From Psilocybe cubensis (Eukaryota), in NCBI GenBank assembly GCA_017499595.2, contig CM039004.1:3100001-3164000 (forward strand): a stretch of 64,000 nucleotides of DNA. The letters are read 5' to 3'. A program made the translations under genes and the position numbers. The notes under the pieces are model-generated. The model saw nothing but the letters and a program-made list of their open reading frames with translations. It ran no database searches and was not told the origin of the DNA. Numbering within the stretch: the stretch's first letter is position 1; each line of letters starts with the position of its first letter. Shown piece by piece: positions 1 to 13,541 of the stretch.

Positions 1-514
1 CTCTCCCACAGTATCAAACCGTGGAGAATCATACTCACGCAACAATGGCATCACAACAATAATCCAGCTCCTCTCGCTCGGCGGGTACAACGTGGCCAGC
101 ACCGGTACGCAGTGATTGCGAGAACTAGATGCTAGGGACCCCGTCCCAAAGAACATCAGCATGTTGTGCTCGTTTGACCGCGACGTCCTCTTGATTCTTT
201 TCAAAACCACTCTTGATCCGTCCGAAAGTTTGACAGCGTCGATAATCTGGTCGTACTGTCCATGGATTCAGTTATTGCCTATTCATATATGCCAAAGTAA
301 CAAAACTCACAGGAAGCACCTGTCCATCCTCATATCGGTCTGGAGATGAATCATACTTCAGCCAGCTAGGAACCCAATCTGGCCTGTAGCGCTTTCGAAG
401 CTCGTAGCCTTGGTCAACCAACCAGGGTTGAATGCCGCGCCAGAATATCTCTGCAGACGTTAGCCGCGCCTTGGTGAGTCTACAGTTAACGGCCGCAGGG
501 TCAAACTTTGTCAT
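1..514 (-). CDS. Agaricomycete-type (AgaK1-like) protein kinase, 5' part; runs off the window start
   Basis: ATG at 514. Exon 1 gives EIFWRGIQPWLVDQGYELRKRYRPDWVPSW...EDG. After the GT-AG intron 310..256 it reads IDAVKLSDGSRVVLKRI...RNHCVPVL...IVVMPLLREYDSPRFDTVGE, the typical N-lobe of this basidiomycete kinase family. TATA-like element near 570. Confidence 0.8.
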
Positions 515-2142
515 CCTGGACAAGACGGAAGAAAAGAAGAGAATGACTATCTAACTAAACAATGCAGGTTATATACACGGCGTTAATTAGTCCACCGGAT
601 AAAAGGGGTCTATAGCAACGCTAGTTCTTGTTGTTTTTGAGTGCATTGATTGATTGACACCAGAATAACGTACTTGCTTATACCGTTAAAATAAAAAGAA
701 GCAGGTGATGTGACGTAGAAAGAAGTATTTGTCCTGTAGCACGACCGCCGACCGAATAGAAGAGGGTGGCCTAGTATACCAAAACAGCCAATATGACTTC
801 TAGTTACATAGTCCAATGCTTATACTTCACCTTTAGTCACACTCAGTGATATACCTGTTCTTGGCAACCACACAAATTCTATTTTTATCGCGTTATTGTT
901 CTCCGTTGGGTGGGCTCCATCACAGTTGGGATTGCAGTTGAATAAACACAGTACCGTAAGAAATGCCAAAATTGAGACAAAGTTTTAGAAACCAAACTTT
1001 CCAATGTGTTGACTCCTGTTAAAAGAGTTCATCACGTAGATTGTTTAACTGTTAGTCATTCCCAGGTAATATCTCAGGCCTAATACTTGTTAGACTAAGC
1101 TTTTTCTCTTTATCAGATAAGAATTTAATCCATCGCTTACTGGTGTCACTCAAATATGAATCCGAACCCGGCGTATACGACTTATGTACCTATCTCTTTC
1201 CACTCACGCGCGGCGTCAAAGTAGACGCGACCTCATCACGTGACGTAAAATGTTTGGTAATGCATTTGCACAGCCACTTGCATTTGCCCACTCCTTCAGT
1301 GAGTCATGGACAAGTCATAGAAGAATCACTAGAACTCTCCAACGTTGCTTCGTCTAACTGACTCGAGATGCTGCAAGGTGTTTTTATCGCCGACTAATTC
1401 GCAGAAGGATTGATTGGCGCCGGAAATCCACTTTCTAAATTCTAGCTCCTGTCCCACAAAATGTTGTGATGATCAACCTGAACTGTCGAAGACAGTCAGT
1501 GGCAGGCGTGGTAAGCTCCCAATGTGCACCATTCGAATTCATATATTGACAAGCTCCAAACCGAAACCATTAATGACAGTTAGGGACATGCCGAACCATT
1601 TATCTTTTTTTGAGATGCTATGAGACGGATTCCTTTCTTGTACTTGCTCGTTTCCTTCATCAGGCCTTGTAGATTCGCTTGTACACTTGAATGGTGCATC
1701 GCCTTCGTGGTAACCCTTCGGGTAGTACTTTCTGACCTTGCTTCAAATCGTATTGATGCAGTACAGGTTAGGTCAAAATTGGCGGTTCAAGATCATGTAG
1801 TCATCACCCGTTTTCTCCGTGCCGAATGGGGCTCGGGGTGAGGATACAGCTCCGACATAGGCCACGTACGGCCTTCTTACAGTTCTCAACGGTCATTCAA
1901 GGTCTTTTTCTCGCAAGGACCCCAATCCGTGCCGCGCGCGAGTCAATCTGACGAGGTTGCTGAGAAAAAATGCGATGAATATGACCCTCGGGTAGCACAC
2001 GCATAGCATGTGAGTAATCTCATCGTGCCATACTACCAGATAGGGGCAAATCAAATACATGCTCTAGCGCCCAACACTCTCCGTTTGGATCTTATGTCGA
2101 GATATCGGATTTTGACAGCCCTCATCTCCGCGTTATTGAATC

Positions 2143-2149
2143 TATATAA
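2143..2149 (+). promoter_or_regulatory. Putative TATA box of calpain-like gene 1
   Basis: TATATAA about 50 nt upstream of the ATG at 2195. Confidence 0.5.
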
Positions 2150-2194
2150 GCTTGATGCCACTCACCGCACAACCTCAATCTCCCCACCTTCCAG

Positions 2195-4906
2195 ATGGCG
2201 ACTACCACAATAACCACCACTGAAATTACTACAGAAATCAAGCCCGACACTAAAACCTTCGCTAAGCAAGAGGCTGGTTTACTTGTGACAAAGGAATTGG
2301 AAAATGCCATTGAAGAATGTAGGAAAAAGGTTGAACGAATTGCAAAAGAATGTCGTGCAAAGAACCGCAAGTTCAGGTACGCTTTTAGGTATTGGTTTCT
2401 CACATGATATCAGCTTCTCATGACGAGCGCTTTCCAGAGATATCGAATTTGATCTCGAGAACGATCAGAACAGATGCCTCTACGGTCTCTTCGTCTTGAA
2501 TGGAGATTCAGTCAACACACCGCCGGCTGATGTACACAGGGTCACTCAGATCTTCGATAACCCCCAATTCTTTGTGGGAGGAGCTGCGGATTCGAACGAC
2601 ATCATCCAAGGAGCATTAGGAGACTGCTGGTTTCTATCTGCTCTGGCCACTGTATCCACGGCTCCAGGCCTGGTAGAAAAGTTCTGCGTCGCTGTACGTT
2701 CCTGGCCCCCTTGCTATTTTTATCTCTTGTCACGGCCTAACTGGGAATCAAATCCAGCGCGACGAAAAAGTCGGCGTATATGGTTTTATCTTCTTCAGAG
2801 ATGATGCTTGGGTTACTGTCATTATCGATGAGTAAGTTCAGCCTTCATACTTTTTTTAAATCCATCTAAACAACCTACAGCATGCTCTACACACGTGTCC
2901 CCAAATACGAGGAGCTTAAAAGTTCCGAGCAAGAACTGTATCACTACGACAAAGATACCTATAACAAGTCCGCAAGGAAAGGTGGGAAATCGTTATACTT
3001 CGCTAAGTCAGGGACTGCAGGCGAAACATGGGTACCTCTGATTGAAAAGGCATATGCAAAGCTCCATGGGTGCTATTCGCATTTATTGGGAGGGCAAGAG
3101 TGCGATGCGATTGAGGACTTAACTGGGTGAGCAGTTACTAAATAATAACAACATGTTGACGCTCATAAAGTGATACATCTAGTGGCGTATCAACCGTATT
3201 ACAGAGCAAGGTACTGTCATTGACATTTCTTTATTACTCCTCCTTTAACGGGATATCCCTTAGGATATATTGGATCCCGATCGTTTCTGGGATGAGGAGC
3301 TTGGTCGCGCCAATAAAGATAGACTGTTCGGATGCTCCTTCAACAATCTGGATGGCACACGCAGTGGCGTGAGTAACGCTAAAGTTCAAGGTCTGGTAGG
3401 AAACCATGCATACTCCGTACTTCGAGCGGTCGAGTGCAATGGGAAAAGATTCGTCGTTGTCCGCAATCCCTGGGGTAAATCTGAATGGACGGGTCGATGG
3501 TCAGACGGTTCCAAAGAATGGACACACGAGTGGCTTGAATATCTACCTCAACTTGGCCATCAGTTTGGAGATGACGGCCAGTTTGTCATGGAATGTAAGT
3601 TATTCGCTGTTACAGCTAACAGACATTAAAAGGTCCATAGACTCGGATTGGCTAGAGAGCTTTGGACAGATTGATCGAACAATTTTATTCGATTCGGATT
3701 GGAGGATGACTTCTCAATGGCTTCAAGTCACTGTACCGCCTCTTCCAGCTGCATGGACATACGGCGATGTATCATGTATGTTAGATTCATACTCAATCGT
3801 CATATATGGATGCTTACCTCTCAATAGTTACCTTTTCACTGGCTAGTCGATCGAACGCCGTGATAGTACTTTCTCAGCTCGATACTCGATATTTCCGTGA
3901 CATATCTGGTAGAGCTTCTTGGACTCTGGACTTCGCCCTCGTCAAGCAAGGCGAAAAAGAGCCTATCGCAGAATCACCACACTCCGACTTTTACCTTCGC
4001 AATGTACACCTAGAAATTGAATTGGAAGCAGGAGATTATATCGTTTACGTTCGCCTGGATAGATCGTTGGATAAAAATGAAGACGATGTTCGTATCCCTT
4101 TACCGGTCTTTACTATCTCAAACCTAATACAATTTCAGGACAAGAAATACGTTGATGAATGGATGCTTAGGAAGATGTCACGCATCATGATGCAGCGTGC
4201 GAAGAGTAATTCGATTGCTTCTAGTGAGTATTTCCTCTCCCCCTCAGGATACACGAATTGAATATTGTCTGTTAGATTTCAAGGCAGAGTCCGTTACCGT
4301 ACTAGTTCAAGGTCGTTAACCTAGAATTATCTAATTTCTTTTTTTTGCAGAGATCAGGCCAAATACCTTCCTACTACATTGGAATCTCTCATTCAACGTG
4401 ATTTGGAAGAGTACGAAAAGAAGAAAAAGGCCGAAGGTGAAGTCGTCACCAAGGTAGTAGAAGAGGTTTCTGAAGACGGCACCGTTACGACCACGACCAC
4501 TACCACAACTACGAAGGTCGAGACAGTCGTTGTTGGAAAAAAGGTGGCCTTGCAAAAGGAATCTCCTCCTGAGAAACCTACGTCCATTCCACTTCCTCCC
4601 ACTACCGTTGATCCTACCCCAACTACAAACGGTATATCAACACCCGCCTTGCCAAATGTGACCCCGGAAGTTCCCAACATTCCTGACACATCGCGCTCTC
4701 GCTATCGCGGTTCCAGTCCGAGGTATGGTGGTAGTTCAGCGACCAAGGGTGAAGATGTACCTAAAGGCAAGGTTGAAATCGACCACGATGACCCGAATAC
4801 AGTATGTGTCGGCCTCCGGGTATATACACATAAGGATGTCCCGACGGTAGTGGTAGGGAGGTTGAAGGTTGACTCTGATCAGAAGGAAGATTCTGAAAAT
4901 TCATGA
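2195..4906 (+). CDS. Calpain-like cysteine protease (peptidase C2), paralog 1, catalytic triad intact; multi-exon
   Basis: QGALGDCWFLSAL (Cys), [21 protein letters not shown] (His), RNPWG (Asn) and WSDGSKEW, followed by a domain III-like region and a C-terminal GLRVYT motif. Exons are joined by short GT-AG introns. Confidence 0.93.
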
Positions 4907-5716
4907 ATCGAATGCCAGGTTATTTTAGAACAGCTCGAGAAGAGCGTTAAATGTCAACATGTACTGTATTAAAATATTCCCTGTAATTCATACCCCTCGA
5001 CTCATCATACATCTTGATCAACTGGAGTGAACATGAACGTCGCTTTGATATTGATACATATTGTATGTTCCCGGACCTCGTATACTCATGTTCTCCGTTC
5101 TGGATCTGTTGTTATTATTTTATGTGTCAGCCTACGTGGCTCGTTGCTGCACTCCGAGTTTCACTACCACCACTTAGTCTGGCCTTCCATTGTCTTAACA
5201 ATGTTAGGAACAAAAAATAGTTTCAAGCAACTAGAAAGCGTCAAATTTTTTCTCTGTCCTTGATGATCGGAAACATACCCCCTCAATTTGGCCAACAATT
5301 CTGCGATAGCCTGCTTACGTGGTCAGCGGAACATGTAGGGAGGTTAATCCTGTCGAATTGTTTGTTCAGTACACCAATGTGTTGAGGCTGTATTTCTGAC
5401 TTTCTGACGCCATCTTAGCCCGTCGTGAGGGTAAACCGTCCGATTCAACCCTACAGCTAACGTGAAGTGTACATAATTGACGCGGCTTGCGATTACACAG
5501 CCTCAAAGCAGTCGGATCAACTAAAAACCAACTCGGTATCAACACCCGTCATCTTGTTTGTTGTGTGCATGTTGCACTTTTGGACTCATATAATGCTGCG
5601 GTCCGAGGTCGTTCAAACACGGACATTGAGAGGTCCTTTTCCGTTTCTCTGAGCTACGATAACTCGGACGGAAGCTGCTCCAACAGGAGTGTAAACGCAC
5701 ACTGGAACCAAAGTCC

Positions 5717-8692
5717 ATGAGCCTCTCAGTCTACTCATTACCTGCCCATATTTCCTCCGAGTCCTCAGGTTCTTCACCATTATCTGACAATGTTATCAAT
5801 ACTGCTACGCTCTCCCATTCCATTTATGAACCTCTGACCTCAGGCAAGATGGCACTTGGCCACTATCCTCCTGCACCTAAAGATTCGGAACCTTGGAACA
5901 TCGCGCAGCCAACTCGAAGAAATACGATGACTGATTCTTCTATACTACCAAGTACACCGCCGCCGCCACAAGTTGGATTGATTGTAACCGAGGAGCTCCA
6001 ACAGGCGCTTAAAGATTGTAAGGAGAAAGTAGAACGGATAGCAAAAGAATGCAGGGCAGCAAACAGGAAGTTCCGGTGAGCTCTCCATCGTTCAACGGTT
6101 TATCGTCATTTTAAAAGTGCCTTCATTTACCTTTTATTATCCTAGCGACATCGAATTTGATTTAGAGAACGACACAGTGAGGTGTTTGTACGGCTTAACG
6201 GGCGACAAAACGACCAATCCTCCTGATGTACGAAGAGTGTCCGAAATCTTCGAGGATCCAAAGTTTTTTGTCGGCGCTCCTCACTCGAGTGACATTGTTC
6301 AGGGAAAGCTGGGCAATTGCTGGTTTCTATCCGCACTTGCAACTATGGCGGCCTTCCCAGGTCTGGTAGAGAAATCGTGTATAGGCGTACGTCCTGCATC
6401 TGTTTTACTGTCGGCGCATCAGGATCTAGCAATAGATGATAATATTTGGAATCACGCAGCGCGATCAGGAAGTTGGTGTCTACGGCTTCATATTCTTTAA
6501 AAATAGTCAGTGGGTGAATGTTGTGATTGATGAGTGAGTTTTCTCCCTGAAATTCCATGTTGGCCCAGGTTTTGGCTGCTTCTTACCGTTGTTTCCATCA
6601 GCCAGTTATTCTGGTCTCTTCCCAAGTTCGAAGGTCTTAGCCAAGAGGAGAAATCCCTCTATCATGATGATAAAGACCTCTACAATAGCTTGGCTAGGAA
6701 GGGGGGGAAAGGTCTGTATTTTGCGCGCTCGGGGACCAGCGGAGAGACGTGGGTACCATTGATTGAGAAAGCATATGCCAAACTACATGGCGACTACGCC
6801 TCACTTAATGGGGGAAGAATGAATGAGGGTGTCGAAGATCTTACTGGGCGCGTATAATTACAAAGCTATTGGTCATTGGTTATACTGATATGTATCATTT
6901 CACTGGCAGGGGCATCTCAACCACGTTCAAAGTTTGCGTGAGTAAATTTCACATGATTATCCGTAGCTAAAGGCAACTATGGCCCATATAACAGGATATA
7001 CTTGATCCAGATAAATTCTGGAAGGATGAGTTGCTCTACTCAAACAACTCAGAAACTCATTTGTACGGTGTCTCGTTCCCCGCTTTAACGGAATGGCGAA
7101 GTGGAAATTCTGCAGCGACGGTGGGCGGCCTTTACGGTAGCCATGCTTATTCCATCCTCAGGGTTAAGGAATGTCGTGGGAGGAGGTTTGTGGTCTTGCG
7201 AAATCCCTGGGGTAAAGAGGAGTGGACAGGAGCATGGTCCGACGGCTCCAAAGAATGGAATGGGGATGAAGGCCGTGCGATCCTCACAGAGCTTGACCAC
7301 ATCCTAGGTGACGACGGCGAGTTTGTCATGGAGTGTAAGTATTCCATATCGTCTGTAGAGAACAACCTCCGGCTTTATTGATGCATTGGTGCCTCTATGC
7401 AGACTCAGACTTTCTACAGGTATGGGCCTCAGTTCAGCGGACAATTATATTGGACTCCAGCTGGGTTATGTCGACGTATTGGCTTCGGCTTCCTCCCAGA
7501 TCTCCGCTATGCTCATGGAGTCACGGAGAGGTCGTTTGTACGTTTTTCATTCTTTTTTGTGAGCAACACATTGCCATTCTTAACATGTCATCCCAGTCTA
7601 CTTCGATCTGCCCAAAAGAACAAGCGCAATCATTGCACTTACATCTCTCGACGAACGGTACTTCAAGCATATTACTCACCAGCATCAGTACCACACTCTA
7701 GAGTTTGTACTCTACAGACTTGATAAACAGGAGACGCAAAACCACACATACAGTGGGGCGATCTGTGAGAGAAGCGTAAGCTGTGAGCTCGAATTAGAAG
7801 CTGGTAAATATGCGGTATATGTGAGTCAAGTTATATCACTTACTCCCGTCCCTTTTATTTAATACCGCCCATTCTTTGTTTTCTTTAAAAATGAAGCCGA
7901 GGATTGATCGTTTATACTATGGTGACACAGTGCGTCTTTTAATGAAGTGTGGTCCAATTCTCGGGATTTCATTAAATAAACGCCTGCGTACAGACATACT
8001 TTGAGGATAGCCTGCCTACAATGGACTACCGCAAGTTATCTCGCATGCTGTCCCAGCGAGTTGAGAGCAGAATGATAGCATCCAGTAAGTCAGAAACAGG
8101 GTTATTTTTTACTATCCTGCATTGCATAAATACTCACCGCGGATTTACCACCTATTCACTATTCACGCAGACTATACACTCGGGTACGTGATAAAATGAT
8201 ATGATCCTAGTGCTGCTACTACAGGGCTATACTGATATCATAACAAGGGAGGAGAAGAAATTTCTACCAACCTCGTTGCGTGCGATTATAGAACGAGATT
8301 TACAGTCCCAGATACCCAATAGCGCAGAGAACCCGGCACCAGACACGAACAACCTCACAAAGACTACTACGACTACTACGACTACCACAGTCACTACCGT
8401 AAAGAGGACCGTGGGGACACCCGCCAAACCCAGACCACAGAATGATTCAGCAGCACCATACGACATTTCGCAACACTCCCCTACATTGTTTCCAAAACAC
8501 AACGCTTCAACATCTGAAACTCCTGGTATATCTACCGCAGTCACAGAGGCCCCTGCTTCGGATGCTGCTCACAGCAATTCCATTACGTACGAGGATGAGA
8601 AGCAACTATCCCTGGTTTTAGGACTACGGGTGTATACAAAGAAGGACGCCGTGGCGGTGGTCACTGGTTCCGTCTTAGATATACCTCGGTAG
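5717..8692 (+). CDS. Calpain-like cysteine protease, tandem paralog 2, triad intact; start may be the ATG at 5849
   Basis: [39 protein letters not shown] and WSDGSKEW. Exon layout and C-terminal GLRVYT motif resemble paralog 1. Confidence 0.92.
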
Positions 8693-8805
8693 ATTCACTC
8701 ATACTACTTCGCAGAAATATGCCGGATTAGATGTGCTTCCTATTTACAACTCTTTTGTATCTGATATGTTCCATGTGGATATAGTTATGACGTTTGATGT
8801 TGGAC

Positions 8806-8829
8806 GCGACGCGTCAGAAGACGCGTCGC
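8806..8829. repeat. Perfect inverted repeat (10-bp stem, 4-nt loop) with two ACGCGT cores
   Basis: GCGACGCGTC-AGAA-GACGCGTCGC between two convergent genes. Confidence 0.85.
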
Positions 8830-9252
8830 ACCATGTGAACTTGGACTTACTTTGAATCTCTGACCCCAAGTACAGTTAGTTCGCCAGACCAAAAGGCATT
8901 TAGTTAATTAGAAGGGCTCTGTAGTAGCATTAAGATAATTTCATTTCATCACGTATCCAAAAGGTACAAAAGTACTACTTTTGTACCTTACAAAAGAAAC
9001 AGATATACAACCTAACATCCACATCCACCACCCGCGTGCCACGTGCGATGCATAGTGGAAACTCGGCCTCCGGTATGATAACAGATATAATAGGGGATAT
9101 TAAGCACAAGCAAGATGGAGAGCGAGAATAAAAGTCCATGATCAATTCCTCGGCCTTACGCGTCAGGTTCAATTTCAATTCCTAATCCAGATCAGGGTAT
9201 CTGTACAATTTCTGCTGGTGTCGTCAAAATGAGAGAAAACGATTGATGATGC

Positions 9253-10453
9253 TCAGATCGTTGGGTCACTGCGATACGTCGCCATCGAGTCCTGGATGCG
9301 TTGGATCTGGCCGGGGGTGAACTCGGTGCGGCATGTATCATTTGTGTAATCCATGTAGTTGTCTGCATCGTGTAAGGGAATATATACATTATAGAAACGA
9401 GGGACTTACGGATTGGATCAGGCCCGTCTCCAGGACACGAGTCGACAAAGTCGGGGCAACCAGATGATGCTTTCAAACTGGGCGGGGTGTCTGCAACGCG
9501 ATCTCCTAGACCTACGCAACCACCCTGTACACAGGTGAGAACGATGAAAGAAAGGAAAGAGATTAAACGTACCTGGAACGTGTGGTACAACCCGAGCCAG
9601 TGACCAGCTTCGTGGATGAGCGTGCCGCCCTGGCGTTCCCTGCTGACGCCTCCTGGAAGTGTCTCGAAGAGCAGCACACAACCGTCTTCATATGGGTCTG
9701 TGCGATAGTCGATAGGGAACGCGGAGTATCCGTTCAAAGCCTCTGTGTAGAAACTGTATAGATGGGAGTGTAAATGAGGTGAAATGAGGCGTATGAAAGT
9801 AGGCCCTTACCCGACAGTATAAACGTTAAATGCGGTGGATTTTCCTTTTCTAAAGGAACGCGCCATTTGGATAGCTTGTGGCCTTTATACACATAAAAAG
9901 AGTACATAATAAGCTTCATGAAACCAAAAAGAGGAATGACGACGCACTCTCCAAGAGTCACAGTTTCATGCCAGTAACGACTCAGGACGCGGGTGACGTT
10001 GACGAGTTTCCACGAAATGCCTGTCCCCACATACGCCTTGTTCAGCAACGCCATCTGGTCGTCGATCTGCTTTTGTCTGTAAAGTGACGACAACCCGCAA
10101 AAACACATGCATTACTAAATGCTCGTAGCAGTCCAGATAATGATTACTCACGGCACCCATCCCCCGGCTAACGACATGTTCTTCGCAATCACATTAAAAT
10201 ACACATCGAAAACGTAGTCCTTCATCTCCGCGCGGCGCCCTTGACGAAACTCTGCAGCATGAGCTTTGATTGCCAGCTCTGAGGCTTCTATCTTGTCAGC
10301 GGATGCGTATGAGCCACATTCCTGCCTAGGATGATTTCAGCAGGCTGCGCGAAAGGTCATTAAGAAAGCAGCGTACCTCTCAATGGCGAGAGTGCTTGCG
10401 AGGAAAAGGGTACTGGTCGTTAAGAACAGAAGGGCATTACTGAGGAAACGCAT
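9253..10453 (-). CDS. Secreted zinc metalloprotease, M43 (pappalysin/ulilysin-like, MEP1-type)
   Basis: Signal peptide MRFLSNALLFLTTSTLFLASTLA, zinc motif HEAGHWLGLYHTFQ, GD.VADTP and Met-turn NYMDY; several short introns. Confidence 0.92.
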
Positions 10454-11862
10454 GAGGAATGGGAGTTGTATATCTGAAAGGAAAGGTCCTGTTCTTCGGT
10501 GGAGAGGCGAATGGTTGAAATACAGGAAGAATAAAGAGGACCTATGACAACGGCTGTGCAGAACTAAGAAACGAGTCAAGGTGGAGGATGATGTGAACCC
10601 CGGTGTACCAGGGCGTATCCAACGCTTGGATGCGCTTGGCGAGGGTCCAGCTGTGTTCAGCGCCTCTGGCCGTTGCCCATTGTTTTTGTCCCGAATTATT
10701 GAACATCTTTTAGTAAAGTCTTGGCGCCATGGCTAAGATTTTCTCCTTAATTACGGTCGGAAAAACAACAGGAGGAATAGTTGGTAGGTTTTTTGGTGTA
10801 TTTTTGGGATGATTTCGATGACCCTATGTTGTTCTTCGGTAGTCGGTTTTGCCTTAGCTGTTGGCGGGCGCTTCTTTTAACAGAGTTAGTCAGTTAGATG
10901 ATGCGGTGGGTGAAAGCGGACCCCTGAATTACTGTGACGGGCAGATTACATACATCTTACGTGATAAAAATCTTCAGCCGACGCCGGAATATGGTATTGG
11001 TAGTAAGTTTTCTAGTCGCCGTTTGAAATATGAATATGAATATTAAAGTCTATGTAAGTATATAAAAAGATACATTTCATGCTTCGGAAATAGACAATTT
11101 TCAACCTTTCCTTCAAATTCTTACTGAAAACACGCTAGAACATTATCTATTAGATCAGTTAAAAAGCTACCTTTCAAGGTATGTCTTCTTATGTTTTTCA
11201 CGGAAGTGTCACTTGTAATTACTATTTCTGGAAGCTGCTACCGAGGTATCTTTCGTTAGTAGAAATGAAAGCAAAATTATGTAATAAACGTCAAGTACAT
11301 AGTCATGATGACTATAAAATTAATCGTGACGAAGGACGCTATAAGTAACCGTACCGCGTTTGCGCAATGCGTTGCCAACCTGAAACCAAGCGTCCCTGGT
11401 ACATGAGCTAACACTTGCCATTGTCTGCACCTGTCTTCAAGATAAGCTTCTGCGGCACTGCTACAGGTCATTGAAACAACGAGGTGTCAATGCACTTTCA
11501 AGATGTCCCTCTTACCTGTATAAAGAATCATGCTAGTGAAGTCTTCCTCCTTCCTCATATGTTTCCAGACTCCCTCACAGCTGACCCATGCTGTGAATCA
11601 CGCATAGTGAATGACTCTCTACTGCGCTCAATGCGCAAGGCAAACGCACCCTGTCAATGCGAAATTCATATATTCTATGATCCCACCCTGGCCTGAAACT
11701 GACACTGAATCGAATCTTTCAGACGTGTACCTTTTCGTGGTCTGTGGTTTATTGCTATATGAAAGAGACTGCATATATCCCATAATGCAACTTCATATAC
11801 CCTACCTATACCTTTGACAACGACTACATCCATCGCGACTTCGTACCTCTTTATCTGAACAA

Positions 11863-12342
11863 ATGGCAGATAGCGACACATACCCCCCGAGGTACTACGA
11901 GTACCTTGCATCCCAGCGCCGCGTATCCAACTGGGTGCAGCAGACGCGTTCTCATCCGCGGCAGAGTTCCGCTTCCAGTGTCGAGTTTCCCCCACGGACA
12001 TCGCGTGCCATCACAAAGCGCACCAAACGAAGTGCAGAGTCTATGTACGCCCTCACCAGCTCGTCGCCGCCCACTCGAAATCGTCAGCGGCGCAACAGCG
12101 CAGAACAGACTGCGGTGTCACCTGCAGCTGCACTGATAACTTCTTCGCTATTCGTGTATGCGTTTTTGCCGTCGTTGTTGACGGTCATGGCGTTCGTGGT
12201 TGTGCTGACGCTTGTCACGATGGGCACAGAGGTGTGCGAGCTTTCGTATTTGTATTAGGAGTTTGTCAACTTTAACTGAATTTCCCAGGAATCCCAAGAT
12301 CGAAGGTCGAAGCTGGATGAAGCCGACGTTCTACTGTCATAG
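11863..12342 (+). CDS. Small hypothetical protein with a C-terminal hydrophobic (TM) region
   Basis: ORF MADSDTYPPRYYEYLASQRRVSNWVQQT...; hydrophobic LFVYAFLPSLLTVMAFVVVLTLV; intron ~12232-12288, then ESQDRRSKLDEADVLLS*. Confidence 0.6.
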
Positions 12343-13541
12343 ATCTCTTAGCCCCCTGGTGTGGTGAAGTCGAGCGCATCCAACCGATCCACGATTCCAT
12401 TACAGTGCTAGTCAATCAATATCTTTTTGTACAATATATCTATTCAAACAAAAGACACACATTATTGATGACTATCGGTCTAACCCTCTGATGAATTGAA
12501 GTTCAATTAAACTGATTTGTTTACAGAAAGGTCTAGTACTTGGTCTGCGTGGCTGTTCACTCGGGGAGTTGTTCCCACTTGAATTGGGCGTGTTCAAAGA
12601 GCGCTCAGGACACTTAACATCTTTTTGACCTCGCTTTATAATTAGTGGGTAGACTAACGCTTCTACACCTTTCAGGTTCAAAAACATAACTGTGGACTAG
12701 GAATCACCAGTTAATTTCCTGCCCTGATCGAATGGATCTAGCAAGCCAAAAATTCTGTCCCCGAGATATCCAGAGCGAACGGCCCGTCAGTAAGAATGTC
12801 CTCAGAAGCAAATCACGCAGCAACACACCAGCCAAAGTTCACACTTAATCCATCGATCATTGTCGTGATTTAGCTGATGATTGCTACGCGTGCGTTGGAA
12901 CAGGATTTAGGGAAATCGATTCGGTCACTTGATTCAGGGAAGGCTCCAGAGGGTGGTCGTTAAATGCTCCACAGTTTATAACAATGAATTTCACTCCAGC
13001 GAAAAAACAAAACCTAAAATTTCATGCACTGCTAGTAAGTCTTGAGACCATACCTCGGATTGCAAGTCCAGGCGCCATAAACGCATGATCAAGAGGTCGC
13101 ATGCGAGCAATTGTAACGATAGGATGAAATTAGTCGCTTAGTGGCGATAGGAAAATGACACAATTTAAGCCTCTCGAAGCCGTACGATAGATTTGGGGCA
13201 ACTCAAGTATAAGGAAAAGTGAGAAATGTTCAAAAATGATATTGGTACGCAATGGGAGGAAGTGTACCTTGAAGCGGCACAAGCTCGGCAACAATCGGGT
13301 TTGGCGGCGTCTGAACTTCCATGGTCCCGTGACTTATTTTCTCTTCCGACCGTCGACAGTTCCTCGCTCATCGTCGCTGGCAGTGGCCTCCCCCAACGTC
13401 CACGCCGACCGCGTTTCTTCATCTTCGGCGTAGGAACTCCCAATATCCTACCATATACCAACTCATAACAAGGTACTTTCCAAGAAACATCTTCAGCCAA
13501 CGTCATTCAATGCCCAACATTTTCGTGTTTTCAGTTCCAAA

